Shown: positions 14,800 through 27,873 of the stretch, in pieces | How the letters are laid out: every line of letters begins with the position of its first letter | How positions within the stretch are numbered: the stretch's first letter is position 1 | From: the human T2T-CHM13v2.0 reference genome, Homo sapiens | Length of the DNA stretch: 64,000 nt | Direction: 5' to 3' (one strand) | NCBI RefSeq assembly: GCF_009914755.1 | Contig: NC_060927.1 | Program-made: the position numbers and the translations under genes | The notes under the pieces: model-generated | Told to the model about the DNA's origin: nothing | Seen by the model: only the letters and a program-made list of their open reading frames with translations | The model's database searches: none

Positions 14800-15920
14800 C
14801 CGCACCCCCACCCCAGATTTTTTTTTTTCTAAGCAGACAATGTGGTATTGTGATTAGATATAAACTGAAAGTGTATTTTCTGCCCTTCAGTAATTACACT
14901 GCCTTATGGTAGCATTATTCAGTGTGAAGCCTTATTATACCGCAGAATGAAATTCTGTATAATTTTCTTCTCCTCCAATGCACAAATGGAAATCATATTT
15001 TGGTCTGAGTTGGGAAGAAAGGCTCAGTTATCACTTGTGAGCGTGGTGTTATTTTCCCCAGAATTAAAAAATCCATCTGGGTGTCCGACCTCGCTCACCC
15101 TGCTGCCTCTCCATTCAGCCTTTTGTATGCAGATGAACCTTATCAATTTCCACCGCCTCAAAAGCCCGCACCCAGCTTGGTGCTTCCCCCTGGTCCGCGC
15201 GGCTTTAATGGAAATGCATGAGGCTTTTTTTTTTTTCTTTGATGTCTGTGCAATATACGCATGTGGATAAAAACCTGTGCTTTTATTTAGGGGGAGGGGG
15301 AGGGGGGTTCAAATCAAAGTTAAACTCTCTACCGTATCGCTCCTCGCTGGCGATTAGCGGAGGAGAGAAAGGAACAGCAAATCCAACACAGAAGCTGTGA
15401 AACTGGGGTTATTCAAATTATTGACTAACAAATAAAGGGGCATGGGATGTCACATTTGTATTCTAAGGGTTTTCATCCCGCCACAGGCCTCATCAACAAC
15501 TTAGTGGAGTGCTACTAAATCCCCTGTGTTAACATGCGGGGCTCGGGGGGCTCCGTGTGATTAATGCATTAATTGCAGCTCCCTCAGGCCTGACGCAGGC
15601 TGTGTCAATAATTCACTTAAGGCCAGTTGGCCCTTGAGTTACTCTACAGTCTAGTGTAAACAACTCGCAAATAACACCACTCAACCATTTACCCCAATCC
15701 GATTGCTGTTTCCCAGGCTATTAGCAACTTCCAATGAATGATTCATCCGCTGGTGACAAAGCCTAGCCGGGAAATTGTCTGAAGCTACTAGGACTACATG
15801 AGTAGATCAAAGCAGCCTGGCTTTCACCCAACCTGAAGGCCCACGTGGCTATCCGAGATGTTGCTTTCCCAGGCCAGATCTATCCAGTGCAAAGGAAAAG
15901 GTTGTTTGAAAAGAACGCCT
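14800..15920. promoter_or_regulatory. Candidate conserved non-coding element / developmental enhancer
   Basis: No recognisable repeat. About 28 CpGs in 1.1 kb by hand count, against a handful in 17-19.5 kb. Dense TAAT/ATTA, TGAC/GTCA, AACAAAT and GTAAACAA motifs and a 14-bp palindrome. Function is inferred only. Confidence 0.5.
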
Positions 15921-16609
15921 AATAATTTGGACAACAACCCCTCCTGCTCATCCAGATAAATCATTCAGAAAGAAGAAACAAAGCACCCAGATTTTCTTTG
16001 GCTCTAAGTATGCCACCTACTCGTTACATTTGTGACAGATAAGTTTAATTCTGTTGACCAATATTTTTACATTGTGAAGCTGGTGATGCAATTCACATGA
16101 ACCCTGAGTTTGGAGGCATGAATAAGATCACCTTCCCTGAATTAGTGAGAACTGGCTGTGTGAATTTGAGCTTAACTGCTCAAACTCAGTTTGCTCTTCT
16201 TAGGGATAGAGACAATATTTGTCCTATTTATTTAACCAGATTGTGGTAAGGATTTTAAAGTAATGGTAAATATGTAAACATTTTTTGAAAACATGGAAGA
16301 ACTAACCTAAATGAGGAGTTAAGGCTCTTACTGATTAATATGCTAAAAACAATATATCTTTAGTTTTTGTAGTACTTTACATTTCTCACACTAATCATGT
16401 GTGAGTTTTCTTAGAGAAGGATTTCAAATATACTCAAATATATGGAACAAGGACTAACCCCTTTTAGACCTGAATAATCAGGTTTAAGGGAAGAAGCCGA
16501 AATCTCAAGGTTAAAATATCTACCCTCTTCTGGCTTCATCTGTCTTCTTCCTGAAAGGAAACAGTTCCTCCCACAGGGGTTTATTTCTCTTTGGATATCT
16601 CTAATTTGA

Positions 16610-16958
<349 letters not shown>

Positions 16959-17134
16959 ATTCTCTACTCATTCTACCTAGCTCTGCTCCTTGGGATCCCA
17001 AAAAACAAATCTCTTTTCCAAGTCAAGGGGATAGTTTTCAAAAATACACATTTTAATTCTCATAATGAGAGAATCATCAAGTCTTACAGAAGTTCTGGAA
17101 ATAAGATCCCTGATCAGTGATCAGTCAAAACCAT

Positions 17135-18960
17135 TTATTTTTTCCTCCATTTGGTTTTTAAAAATTTAAAAGTAAACACATTCATGATTAAAAAAAAAAA
17201 GTTCAAACAGAACACAAGGTGTAAAGTGAGAAGTAAATGTGCCCATCTCCCTCCCCATTCTCTACATTCATACTCCTCTACTCCCCAGAAATAATTACTA
17301 TTAACAGTTTCTTGAGTAGCCTTCTGGCAATTCAAATGCAACAAACTTACATGGATACACAAATTTGGGTAATACTATGCACATTTTCCTACAACTCTTT
17401 TATGGAACAATATCTTGGACATATGAACATAGCAGCATATATAAAACAACAAGGTATTTACTGCAGAAGTATTTGTTATAGAATTTTGGATCTAAATTCA
17501 CATGTGAGATTGACCAGCAGTTTAATGGTGCTGTAATGGTAGGTTTTGTTGTCAGGCTTGCTAACTTCATAAAATGATTAAGTAGCTGCCGTCAATCTTT
17601 TTTTTTTTCTTTCCTATATTTTGGAACAATGTATATGGCATGAAAATTATCTGTTCCTTAAAAATTTGACAAAACTCATCCTTAACACTGTCAGGAACTC
17701 ATGCCCTTTTTAGAGGTATAATTGTTTTATTACTCCTTCAATTACTTCTGTGATTATTGTTCTAGTCAGGTTTTTTGTTTTTGAGCAAATTTTTATGATT
17801 TATATTTCCCTAAGCATTTTTGTCTATATTTTTAATTTATTGGAATAAGGTTGTACTTTGTAATTTTATCTCCTATGTATGTTGTCATGTTTCTTTTAAA
17901 TTTTTGTTTATTTATGCCTTCTTTCTTTTTTCCTTAATTGTATTTGCCAAATATTTATATAGTTTAGTAATCTTGTATTTTCAAAAACCAGCTTGTGGTT
18001 GCATTTATCTACTCTGCTTTTTATTTCATAATTAAATAATTTCTACTTTCATTTTTACTAATTCTTTTTTCCTAATTTATTTGGAGTAATTTTGTTGTCA
18101 TTTTTCTAGTTTCTTAAATTGAATACTTAGCTTATTTTTAATATTTATTGTGTTCTAATAAATTCTTGTAATGCTGTGCATTCTCCTCTGTCTCTGTCCC
18201 TACTCATAGACTTTAGTAAGTGTGTCCTTAATTTTGTGCATTTTCAGAATTGGTAATGACCATTCTTACCTCCTTTTCAGCTACAAAGTTATTTAGAAAC
18301 ATAATTTTTTATTTTCAAGGACAAAGTTTTCCTTTGGTTGTTAATTTATATTTTTATTGCCTTGTGATCAATAAGTACAAATCATATAAGTTTTCTGGAA
18401 TTTGTCCAGTTTTTTTGTAACCTAAAACATGGTCAATTTTGCGAAGTCTGTTTGGTTTAAAAATAACGTTTTCTCTATCAGAGTAAGGCAAGTATGTTAA
18501 TTATGTTAGGCAACTTTCTTTACATTCCTTCATTCATTTCATTTTATCCTATTACTTCTAATGATTGTGAGTGTAGTAAGTTAAGGTTTTTCACTGTGAT
18601 TATAGATTTATTCATTGACCCTGTGTTTCTGTTTGGTTTTGCTTGGTTGTGAGGTAGATAGATTTTCTAGTGACCTATCTCTCAGTTCCTATCAAATGTG
18701 TGTTAGAACACATGCCAGGTGCCTTAATGTTTCTTTCATATTTTGCTTTCTAGGAGAATTGCTCAGCTTGGTCTTCTAGCTTACTTGTTTCCTCTTTAAC
18801 TGTTTCCATTCTGCTACTCAAACTGTCTATTTAATTTTTGGTTCAAAAATAAACATTTTAGTTTTCCATATCTCTAGTTGATTATTATGGATACAGAAGC
18901 CTCTATGACTCTCTTTTAATTATGTTTATTCTAATGTCCTGGTTTTTTTGCTTTTAATTA
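17135..18960 (-). mobile_element. Highly decayed L1M (L1ME-like) fragments
   Basis: T-rich antisense L1 with motifs CCCAGAAATAATTACTATTAACAGTTT, TTTCAAAAACCAGC and TGGTCAATTTT. Boundaries approximate. Confidence 0.6.
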
Positions 18961-19899
18961 GGCTAATTTCCTGGTAGTGGCCCATGAACTTACTGAGTTT
19001 GTGGCATCTCTTTCATAGCCTTGGCTTTCCTCAAATGTTCAGGGACTCTTCCTTGTATGCTCATCTCTGTGTGTGTGATCCCCTTAGCCAGCCTCCAAAG
19101 ATTGTTGGGAGGCAAAGAACATGCATCAGGCAGTGTGAGCCAGGAGTTGGATTCCTGGATATTGGGTTCTTATGGAAACACCAGCCTCCTGAAGCACTGT
19201 ACTTCCTCCCTGACTAAAAGCCCATCCTCCTCCATTTGTGGCTTGTTGCCTGCCTTGACAGATGACCAAGTTGAAGTCATGTTCCCCTGCCAGAGGAGGT
19301 TCCTGCTTTGGCCCCTATACAACCACACACACACATTATCAGCTGTCCCATCCAGTCCCTCTTGCCCAGGGATCTTCCACCTGAGGCTTACTGCTCCCCA
19401 GCAACCACACCCTCCTGTGCAGCAATGCTCTTCTGCACATATTTCCTGCTTCTGTCTGATTCCATCTGACTTTCATCTCTCTAGGATTCCCCATAGTTTC
19501 GAATGCATTGATGACACCTCTTATTTTACATTCTGGGTTTGGATTCTTTTTCCATAAGAACTACATCTCTTTTCTATCATTCCCACAGACTTGCAGAAGG
19601 GGAGATGAGTCTGTAGTGTGTACTTTTAAATTGGTTAGCGACTGTTGCTGTGAAATGGGCACTTCCCCTAGACACTACTTACATGTCCTTGAAACAATGG
19701 TTTTTTAAAAAGGGGCCTTGGAATTGATACTGGATAGAGTGTGGGTAGAAAGAATTCTTGTGACTGTTGAACATGCATTTTTAGGAAAAGTACATGCATT
19801 TACCAGAATACTGGTGTTTAAAACAAATTAGAACACCAGGCGATTGGTACCCACTCCTATTCCCTGGTGGCTGCTGTAGGAAGGGCCGTGGAGGCTGGG

Positions 19900-20130
19900 C
19901 TTCCTGGGCTAGGCTAGGAGCAGCTGCGCCTATTTAAATAAGAGAGAGGGAAGGGAGGGCCAGTCTATTTACAGGTCAACAGCAGCCCTGCTATCTGATG
20001 CCTTGTGGAACTAATTCCTAATTGGGGCAGTGTTTGTCAACACTGACAGGACCCTAATACACTGTAATCGCTCCAGCCACAAGCTCCGATAGAGATCTTA
20101 ATCTCCACACTGTGTCCCCTTCATAGGCAG
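19900..20130. promoter_or_regulatory. Candidate enhancer-like unique block
   Basis: Palindrome TATTTAAATA, CTAATT twice, inverted repeat CAGTGTT-TGTC-AACACTG overlapping TGACAG. No repeat recognised. Confidence 0.3.
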
Positions 20131-21019
20131 CAGGCCTGCTGCCACCCCCTCCTTCCCCTTCCTTGGCTCTGTCTCTCTCTCAATCTCTTTTCCCTCCACC
20201 CCCACTCTTTTGTATCATTTACTTCTCTATTGCCATCTCCCTTTGTCTCTCATTCACAGGCTGGTTCTTTCTTTCTTGCACTCTTTGTAGGGTCTTGGAT
20301 CTCCCGCTCCATCATTCTCTCTCATTCTTTGTCTGGAACATGCATCATATTTAAATCCTCAAGAGTCCCCAGAGTTTAGGCCACATTTAGTTTTAATATG
20401 TGGGTGTTTAATAATTCATTGTAAAAAAATCTCTGAAATCATTTAGGAATTTAAATTATATTTTGGCAAATTTTTATAAATAGAAGTGGAGGGTTAAGAT
20501 AAATATTTGTGGTAAATGGAAACTGCATGGCTTTTTTTTTTGTTGCCTATAGTTTGCTAATTTTGCAAAATAAGTGTCTACCCTTAACCAGTGTCCTGGT
20601 TGGTAATATTTGCAGCATAATCTGAACTAGGTCTTGGAAGCAGAACCACACACAGCAGGCACTGCTGAATCAGGGTGAAGCCTGACTGTCAAATACCTGT
20701 GCTGAGAGACCACATGGAGACTGCCCCAGTTCCCATATCTAAAGAGACCTGGGTAGAAAGCACTGGCCACGTGTGCACTTGAGTTGGAGGCACTGTGAGC
20801 AGATCCAGGACAGGAGGTAAAAGAGTCACTCCATTTCATTCCTTTTCAGTCAATTTTCAATTTTGCCTCCAAAATGGCCTGTTAAGACTTGAGTCACACT
20901 ATTGACCCTGGGTCTAAAGCATCGTCACTTTTCTGGATTATTGCTAGTAACCTCCACCTCTCTCTGTCCTTCAAATCCCCTCTTGAGGATGTTCCTTATG
21001 GAGGTTGGTTGTTCTCATC

Positions 21020-21320
21020 TTTAGAGTCCCAGCTCAAATTTATGCCTTTACAGAGAGGTGAAACCCTACCACCCTAACTAGAGTATGTGTAGCTCTCCAT
21101 ACACCAGTTACTCCCTGTGTCCTTATCCTGTTTATTTTCTCCACAGCACTTATTATAAATTGTAATTACTTCATTTGTTTCTTTTTTCTCCAGGAGCATA
21201 AGCTTCTTGAGGACAGGAACTATATCTTTACCTCACCATGATACCTCACTACAGTACCTGGCATACAGTAGGCCTTTAATAAATATTTGCTGAATGGATG
21301 AATGAAAGGATGAATGAATA
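21020..21320 (+). mobile_element. L2 3' end
   Basis: GTACCTGGCATACAGTAGG...AATAAATATTTGCTGAATGGATGAATGAA. Confidence 0.8.
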
Positions 21321-22629
21321 AGGAACCAAGGAATGGGGAGATCATCCTCTAATCTCACTATCTCCTAACAATAGTGATCATAATTCCATTGCTTTAATTT
21401 TCTCTCTTCTTAAAGATTCTTAGTGACCTATATAACCAAACCCACACTTCTGAATTTCTTTTTTGAGATCTCTTAAAATTTTTCCCAGTCTCTCCAGCCA
21501 GCCTTGTTGATGTAGTTCTCATAATTTCCCATGTAGAACTCTGGGCTCCATTCATGCTCTCTCCTGTGTACCTTTGCTCAAACTGTTCCTCTTCTTCTAG
21601 GATGTCAGGAAGCTGAGAGCAAGGCATGTGTCATCCTTCTCCGCATCCCTAACCCACAACAGACTTTTCAAAACATCTCTTAATGGTTATTGGCACTACT
21701 GTTCACCAGATTTTTCAGAGCTGGCTCTCAGACTATATTATCACATTCTTCAGACAAGAATGCCCTCACCTACAGGTGTCATGAAGCTAAATTTACAACC
21801 AACACAACAACCTCACATTCAGTTCCCATGGAAACTCCCTATGCATTAGTCTAACCTCAGGTTTTTGGGGGCCAGGCTGTAGAATAGTTTTTCTTCTTAA
21901 GCTGCAGATATATCTAAATAATTAAGAAAAATGTGTGGCAACGTGAGGCACTAAGGAAGGGAGAGCTGGAATCACTGTAAAGGAAAAAAAAAAAAAAAAG
22001 ACACAAAGGACATTCTAAAAGTAGAAGAGATACAAGCACATCCCCAAAGCCTGGGTCTAGAGATGAGAACTGGTGAGCCAAGGTGGCAAGCAAAAGTAAC
22101 TGAGGGCTAGTAAATAGGGAGTGGGCAGAGAGTTGCAGGAGGCCTGGGATTGTGGTCTCTGGGGAGTGCCTTAGAGCCAACTGAGGCATAGCTCAGAGGT
22201 AGGTCAGGGATGGGGAGTGCTCCTTCTTTTTCCTTGTCTTCCTCTCTGTCAGCCTCCTCCCTCTCTTTGCCCTCCTCTGTCCCCTAGTTCTCCTCCATAC
22301 CTTCTACTTCTCTCCCTCCTCCTTGACTTTCTTTTCCTGCTTGTCTCACACTGACAAATCCATTCTTGCACATGCTGATACTTTTCTCCCTTTTTCGTAC
22401 ACTCTCTTTCTCATACACAAATGGGGCTGAAGGCACATCACCAAACCACTACAGAACTTCCCACCTTCTTTTAAGGGACACAATCAATGCCTTTCCGAGA
22501 TATACTTACAAGACCCCCAAAAAATAAGTCCTAAAAGTGCAGCACTCTGAGTGTTCGCTGTCACATGCTTTTGGTTTTTCCTTCTCCCAGTAGCTCACAA
22601 AGTCTTCCTACATCAGTCCCAGCCATGGA

Positions 22630-23010
22630 TACACTTACCTGTGATTTATTGATGATAATTGTAGGAAAGCCATTTGTAATCAAACGTTAAACAAAGACAT
22701 TCTCTCGCTGAGAGGGAGTGATAACGCACCATTTAGTAATTTTTGTGCAGTTGGTAATTTGGAGAATGAATGATAATTTCTGAGCCTTGAAAAGCCACAT
22801 TGACAATGCCTGGTGCTATTCACCTAGTGAATAAAGACACCTTCCTCTCTATGTCTTGTGATAAATTTCTTTTATTAGGGTAACTTACGTGGGACTTTAT
22901 CTTAATGGTCTCTCATATGGGGCAGTTGTGCTTTGGCCGTTAGGCTGTTTTTCATCACGCCTTAAACACAGGGCTCGGAGAAAATAAATAGCAATAGTAG
23001 TTCCAGGAAG
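22630..23010. promoter_or_regulatory. Candidate enhancer-like unique block
   Basis: TGATTTAT (PBX-HOX-like), AACAAAG (SOX-like), TAAACA (FOX-like), several TAAT/GATAA motifs. No repeat recognised. Confidence 0.35.
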
Positions 23011-24011
23011 CTCTCAGGCAGCTCAGCTGCTGCAGAAATTAGGCTCTAAAACTCACAGTTTTGCCCAATCTCAACTGGCAAAAAAATATTAACAGAGGAA
23101 ATGGGTCCCTACACTCTCAAGGGGATGGTGAGGCTCCCTCACCTACCCACCATTCCACTCCTGCTTGCCCTTCCTCAGTGACTGCCTACTTGTGCAGTTT
23201 TCCATCTAGTTTCCCCTCTTTGTCCCCATTCTCCATTATGTTCTCTTAATTAAACTTTTCCCTGTGTTAACTCAGTCAGTATCCTTCTCAGTGTGGAAGG
23301 AAGTTTATGGTATATCCAGTAACTAAATAGATGTTATGTTGGCCAGAACAGGTTCTTTGCAACCTGCCTTCACCAGAGAGAAATCCTGGCAGGAGGTCAG
23401 AAGAATCTGGGGAAGAGCAGCCACCCACTCCATACCACATCAGCATATTCTTATGACACTGACAACACTGCCCCATTGACAACCTGCTTCCATTACCAGT
23501 TATGTATATCTCACTGCATTCAGCAGAGGCAGGCTGCCTTTAGGTACTGGTCTTCTGAGTACTCTCCCTGAAAGAGGCAGGCTGCCTCAGTGTGCCTTTC
23601 ACTAGTTAAGGGCCTTGTTATAGGTATTGTGACCAACCCTTCAGATGTCAAAGAATACCCATGAATCCTGTCCTTGGGTCATTTTCCCTTTCCCACAGTC
23701 TCCCAATCCTTAACCCTGTCTCCAAGCCCCTCACCCAGTTCCCACCTCCAACAGTGTCACAAACCCCCAAAAGGGCTGTCAGTCATTCTCTGCCCCTCCC
23801 AGTTTCTCTGCCAGGTAGGAAGAGTAGGAGAGAGGAATGGAGGGAGGCTATCTTAGTGAGCCAGTAGCACAGCTAGGAAACCATAAGACATCTCAACTGC
23901 CTTAGTATACTAACATAGTAACTGTCTCTTTCTCAGCCTTGAATTGAGTTACAGATTTCCTTTCATTGCTTTAGCCTAGGACACATAGCTCCGGGAGATG
24001 GGGGGAGAAAT

Positions 24012-24245
24012 ATTAATAACACCTAACATCTAATTCACATTTACTGTATGTTAGGCATTGTACCAAGAACTTTTCATTTATTATGTCATTTAACCTTCAC
24101 ACCATCTTTACCAGGGGGATACTACTATTATCTGTTTTTATTGGTGGAGAAATGCTGAGAAGGCCTATGTTACTTGCCCAGAACTAGTAATTCTTGGTGC
24201 TGGATTTGGAACCCACAATATCTGACTGGAAAGCACTCACTTTTT
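24012..24245 (-). mobile_element. MIR SINE
   Basis: ATGTTAGGCATTGTACCAAG...TTACTTGCCCA...GGATTTGGAACCCA. Confidence 0.75.
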
Positions 24246-25760
24246 TCCTCTCTGCTGTTCTGACAATGGCAATCTCCTCCAAACACACTCTAAGTCCTCA
24301 TAAAGGGGGCTAATACATGCCCTCTCTACCATGTGTGGGTAAAGAGAGATGGCTCGTCTAAGTCCATTTTGTTGAGTCCCCAGACATGATGCCACCACAC
24401 ACCTCTGAGATGCTGGTGGATTTCCCATCACCCTCAGTGGGGAGCTGACACTTGTTTCTCTCCCTCAGAGGATGGATCAGCTCCTGCTCAGAGATACCTA
24501 TCATTTATTCCTCAATCATACCCTCTTCCTCACTGGAGAAGTACTGGCCATGTCCCATGAGCTCAAATACTATTCCTGCAGATGCAAACCCATAGAAGGG
24601 AGTCTACCATCCACCCAACTTAAGGAGTCACCACTGTCTTTCATCCTCAAAGAGCAGCCAGTCTCATAACTGCCCTCCACTCTCTACCCATCTCCCCTGT
24701 GTCTGGCCATGGAGTAACAAGGTTGTGTTTTGGTCTAGTTTAGATACTGACTATAAATTCTATCTTGGGCTTTAAAGGTCATGTCCCACAAGAGGGCAGA
24801 TTCCCTCCCACTGATTGCCAAGGAGAGAGAAGATTATTGTGATATTGTGATGTACCACCTTGACACATTCCCACTCCACCCTTTCCAATCTCTGGTTGTC
24901 TTATAAGCTAGTACGGACCTTAACCAGGCTACCCCCAATTAATGTATCTTTTGTCATTATGAAGAACCTGCCAATTCCACAGCTATCTCTAGTCTGTTGT
25001 TCCTGGTGCAGAACCATAGTATCACACTGTCTTTTCTTTCTTGCAGTGTTGTGTTGAACTACCAGTGTGCTAAGCCATCCTTCAGCTTATTGATCTTACC
25101 CATACTACCTCTTTCTTTGCCCCAAATCAAAGGTCAGTGGGCAGCCAGGGATCCTACTGAAAAAAAACAAGAAATGGGGGCTACATCAGAGGTAGCATTC
25201 TTACTGTTACATAACTGTAAACACAGATCCTATGTATTACCCCCATGAATGTTACTGCTCTGGGTATAGAATTGCAAGTATTTTAAAAATAATGTTCTGT
25301 TAAAGCTTTTGATTTGTAAATCCTTCCTAGAATGGTAGGGAATTCTGTAAAGTAATGTAGGAATGACCTACTATACTCCACCACAGTCAGAGCTACCCAT
25401 CAGGATTCTTGTTGGAACAAATAGAAAGACAGACAAGGATCTCCAAGCAAAGGAGAACAAGTAGCATAATAAAGAAAAGCAAATTTAAAAATATGGTTGT
25501 CTCATTTACTGGTAACCTCTGAATGGATTATGTCTCAGACTAAATACCCAATCAAGACTGTGGTACCAGCAAATCCTTTCAGTTGGTCAAACTGACTCAG
25601 AAGGAAGAGGATAAGGCAAGGCTTTCCCACCTACACCTGATAGATTCAAAATACCCACATTTAAACAGAGAAATACAGAAAGGAACTAGGGGGACAAACA
25701 CAGTTTAAAAAAATGCAGCAACAGGTATTGACATACAATGTGGACTCCAATCAAATAAGT

Positions 25761-25783
25761 AAAAAAAAAAAAAAAAAAAAAAA
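25761..25783 (+). repeat. Poly-A tract (23 nt)
   Basis: Directly visible. Confidence 0.9.
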
Positions 25784-27873
25784 GGCTAAGTTTTTGAGAG
25801 TGCTGTGTTTATTTCCTTCTTCCCCCAAATGTGCTAAAGGTCAAAATCAACCTCTATTCTATGAGAAGGAAGTGGGCTGAGTAAGCTGCTGAAACACTAA
25901 GGAGGACATATTCTTCAATGCGCACTTCAGATGTGGCCAGGAGGAAAGAAAGAATTTTAGAGAACAATGGATGAGGAGCTACTCCCTAGTAACAGGATCA
26001 GGAAGATGCCTCAACCCCAGCAGATTAGTCCCATGCAATATGTAGCAGCAAGATTTTAAGATTGCTTCATGCCTGCCTTTGCTGTGTCTCCCAATTTTCC
26101 CCTTAATGAAGGGTAGCTGTACTTTGGTTATCTCGTTTGTGTTCCAAGGTTGTTATTGGATATAGAATGGGGATATATTGTCTTTTTTAGCTCATAGGTC
26201 TCTGAATAAAGAGGCATGTTTTAAAACAATGGATGGGTGTAATCATTTGTTTCTACCTTAATGCTAGAAGCATCTTTCATCAAATAGCTCAATGATCATT
26301 GCATTGAATGATTGTTGTATTTCATTCCCTTCTCTATAGAAAATAAAATGCAAGCCCACTACATGGACCATAAAAGTTCAATATGTAGTAAAAATTATTA
26401 ATAATGTTTATTGTTCAATGTTTTAGAGTCAATCTGTGGACAAAGCACAGAAGACTTGTTTGTGATTGCAGAACAAAATGCAAACATCAGCAACCTTGAC
26501 AATGAGAAAGAAAAAGTGAGCTTATGAAAAGAGGAAGGAAGGGAGAAGTCTGGCAAGATGGCCAAATAGGAACAGCTCTGGTCTGCAGCTCCCAGCGAGA
26601 TCAATGCAGAATGTGGGTGATTTCTGCATTTCCAACTGAGGTACCTGGTTCATCTCATTGGGACTTGTTGGACAGTGGGTGCAGCCCAAGGAGGGTGAGC
26701 CGAAGAAGGGTGGGGCGTTGCCTCACCTGGGAAGTGGAAGGGGTCAGGGAACTCCCTCTCCTAGCCAAAGGAAGCCATTAGGAACTATACTGTGCACTCT
26801 GGGCCCAGATACTGTGCTTTTCCCACAGTCATTGCAACCCACAGACCAGGAGATTCCCTCCAGTGCCTACACCACCAGGGCTCTGGGTTTCCAGCATAAA
26901 ACTGGGCAGCTGTTCGAGTAGACACCAAGCTGGCCACAGGAGTTTTTTTTTTTTTTTTCATAACCCAGTGGCATGTGGAATGCCAGCAAGATACAACTGT
27001 TCACTTCCCCAGAAAGGGGGCTGAAGCCAGGGAGCCAAGTGGTCTGGTTCAGCGGGTCCCACCCCCATGGAGACCAGCAAGCTAAGATCCACTGGCTTAA
27101 AAGTCTCATATTCAGCACAGCAGTCTGATCTCCACTCGACCTGGGGTGTTCGAGCTTGGTTGGGGGAGGGGGGTCTGCCAGTGCTGAGGCTTGAGTAGGA
27201 GATTTTACCCTCACAGTATAAACAAAGCTGCCAGCAAGTTCGAACTAGGTGGAGCCCACCACAGCTAAACAACGCCACTGCAGCCAGACTGTCTCCTCTA
27301 GATTCCCTCTCTGAAAAAAAAGACAGCAGCCCCAGTCAGGGACTTACAGATGAAACCCCCACCTACCTGGGACAGAGAACCTGGGGGAAGGGGTGGCTGT
27401 GGGTGCAGCTTCAGCAGACTTAAGCGTCCCTGCCTAGAAGCTCTGAAGAGAGAGCAGATCACCCAGCATGGCGTTCGAGCTCTGATAAGGAACAGACTGC
27501 CTCCTCAAGTAGGTCCCTGACCCCCATGTATCCTGACTGGAAGACATCTCCCAGTAGGGGGCTACAGACACCTCATACAGGAGAGCTCTGGCTGGCATCT
27601 GGCAGGTGTCCCTCTGGGACAAAGCTTCCAGAGAAAGGAACAGGCAGCAATCTTTGCTGTTCTGCATCCTCTGCTGGTGATACCCAGGCAATCAGGCTGT
27701 GGAGTGGAACTCCAGCAAACTCCAGCAGACCTGCAGGAGAGGAGCCTGACCGTTAGAAGGAAAACTAACTAATAAAAAGGAATACTATCAACATCAACAA
27801 AAAGGACATCCACTCAGAGACCCTATCCAAAGGTTACCAACTTCAAAGACCAAAGGTAGATAAATCTGCAAAG

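Noticed and set aside
14947-15400. ORFs within the CpG-retaining block as a possible exon
   Set aside because: They run through homopolymer tracts (FFFFF, GGGGGG) and resemble no protein family I recognise. A regulatory explanation fits better.
19021-19557. 178-aa ORF, the longest outside L1
   Set aside because: Non-ATG start (TTG), no recognisable domain, low-complexity S/P/C/L composition and no convincing splice context. Probably chance, possibly in decayed repeat sequence.
25740-25790. Poly-A tract as the tail of a processed pseudogene
   Set aside because: There is no canonical AATAAA at the expected distance, no TSD and no upstream coding remnant.
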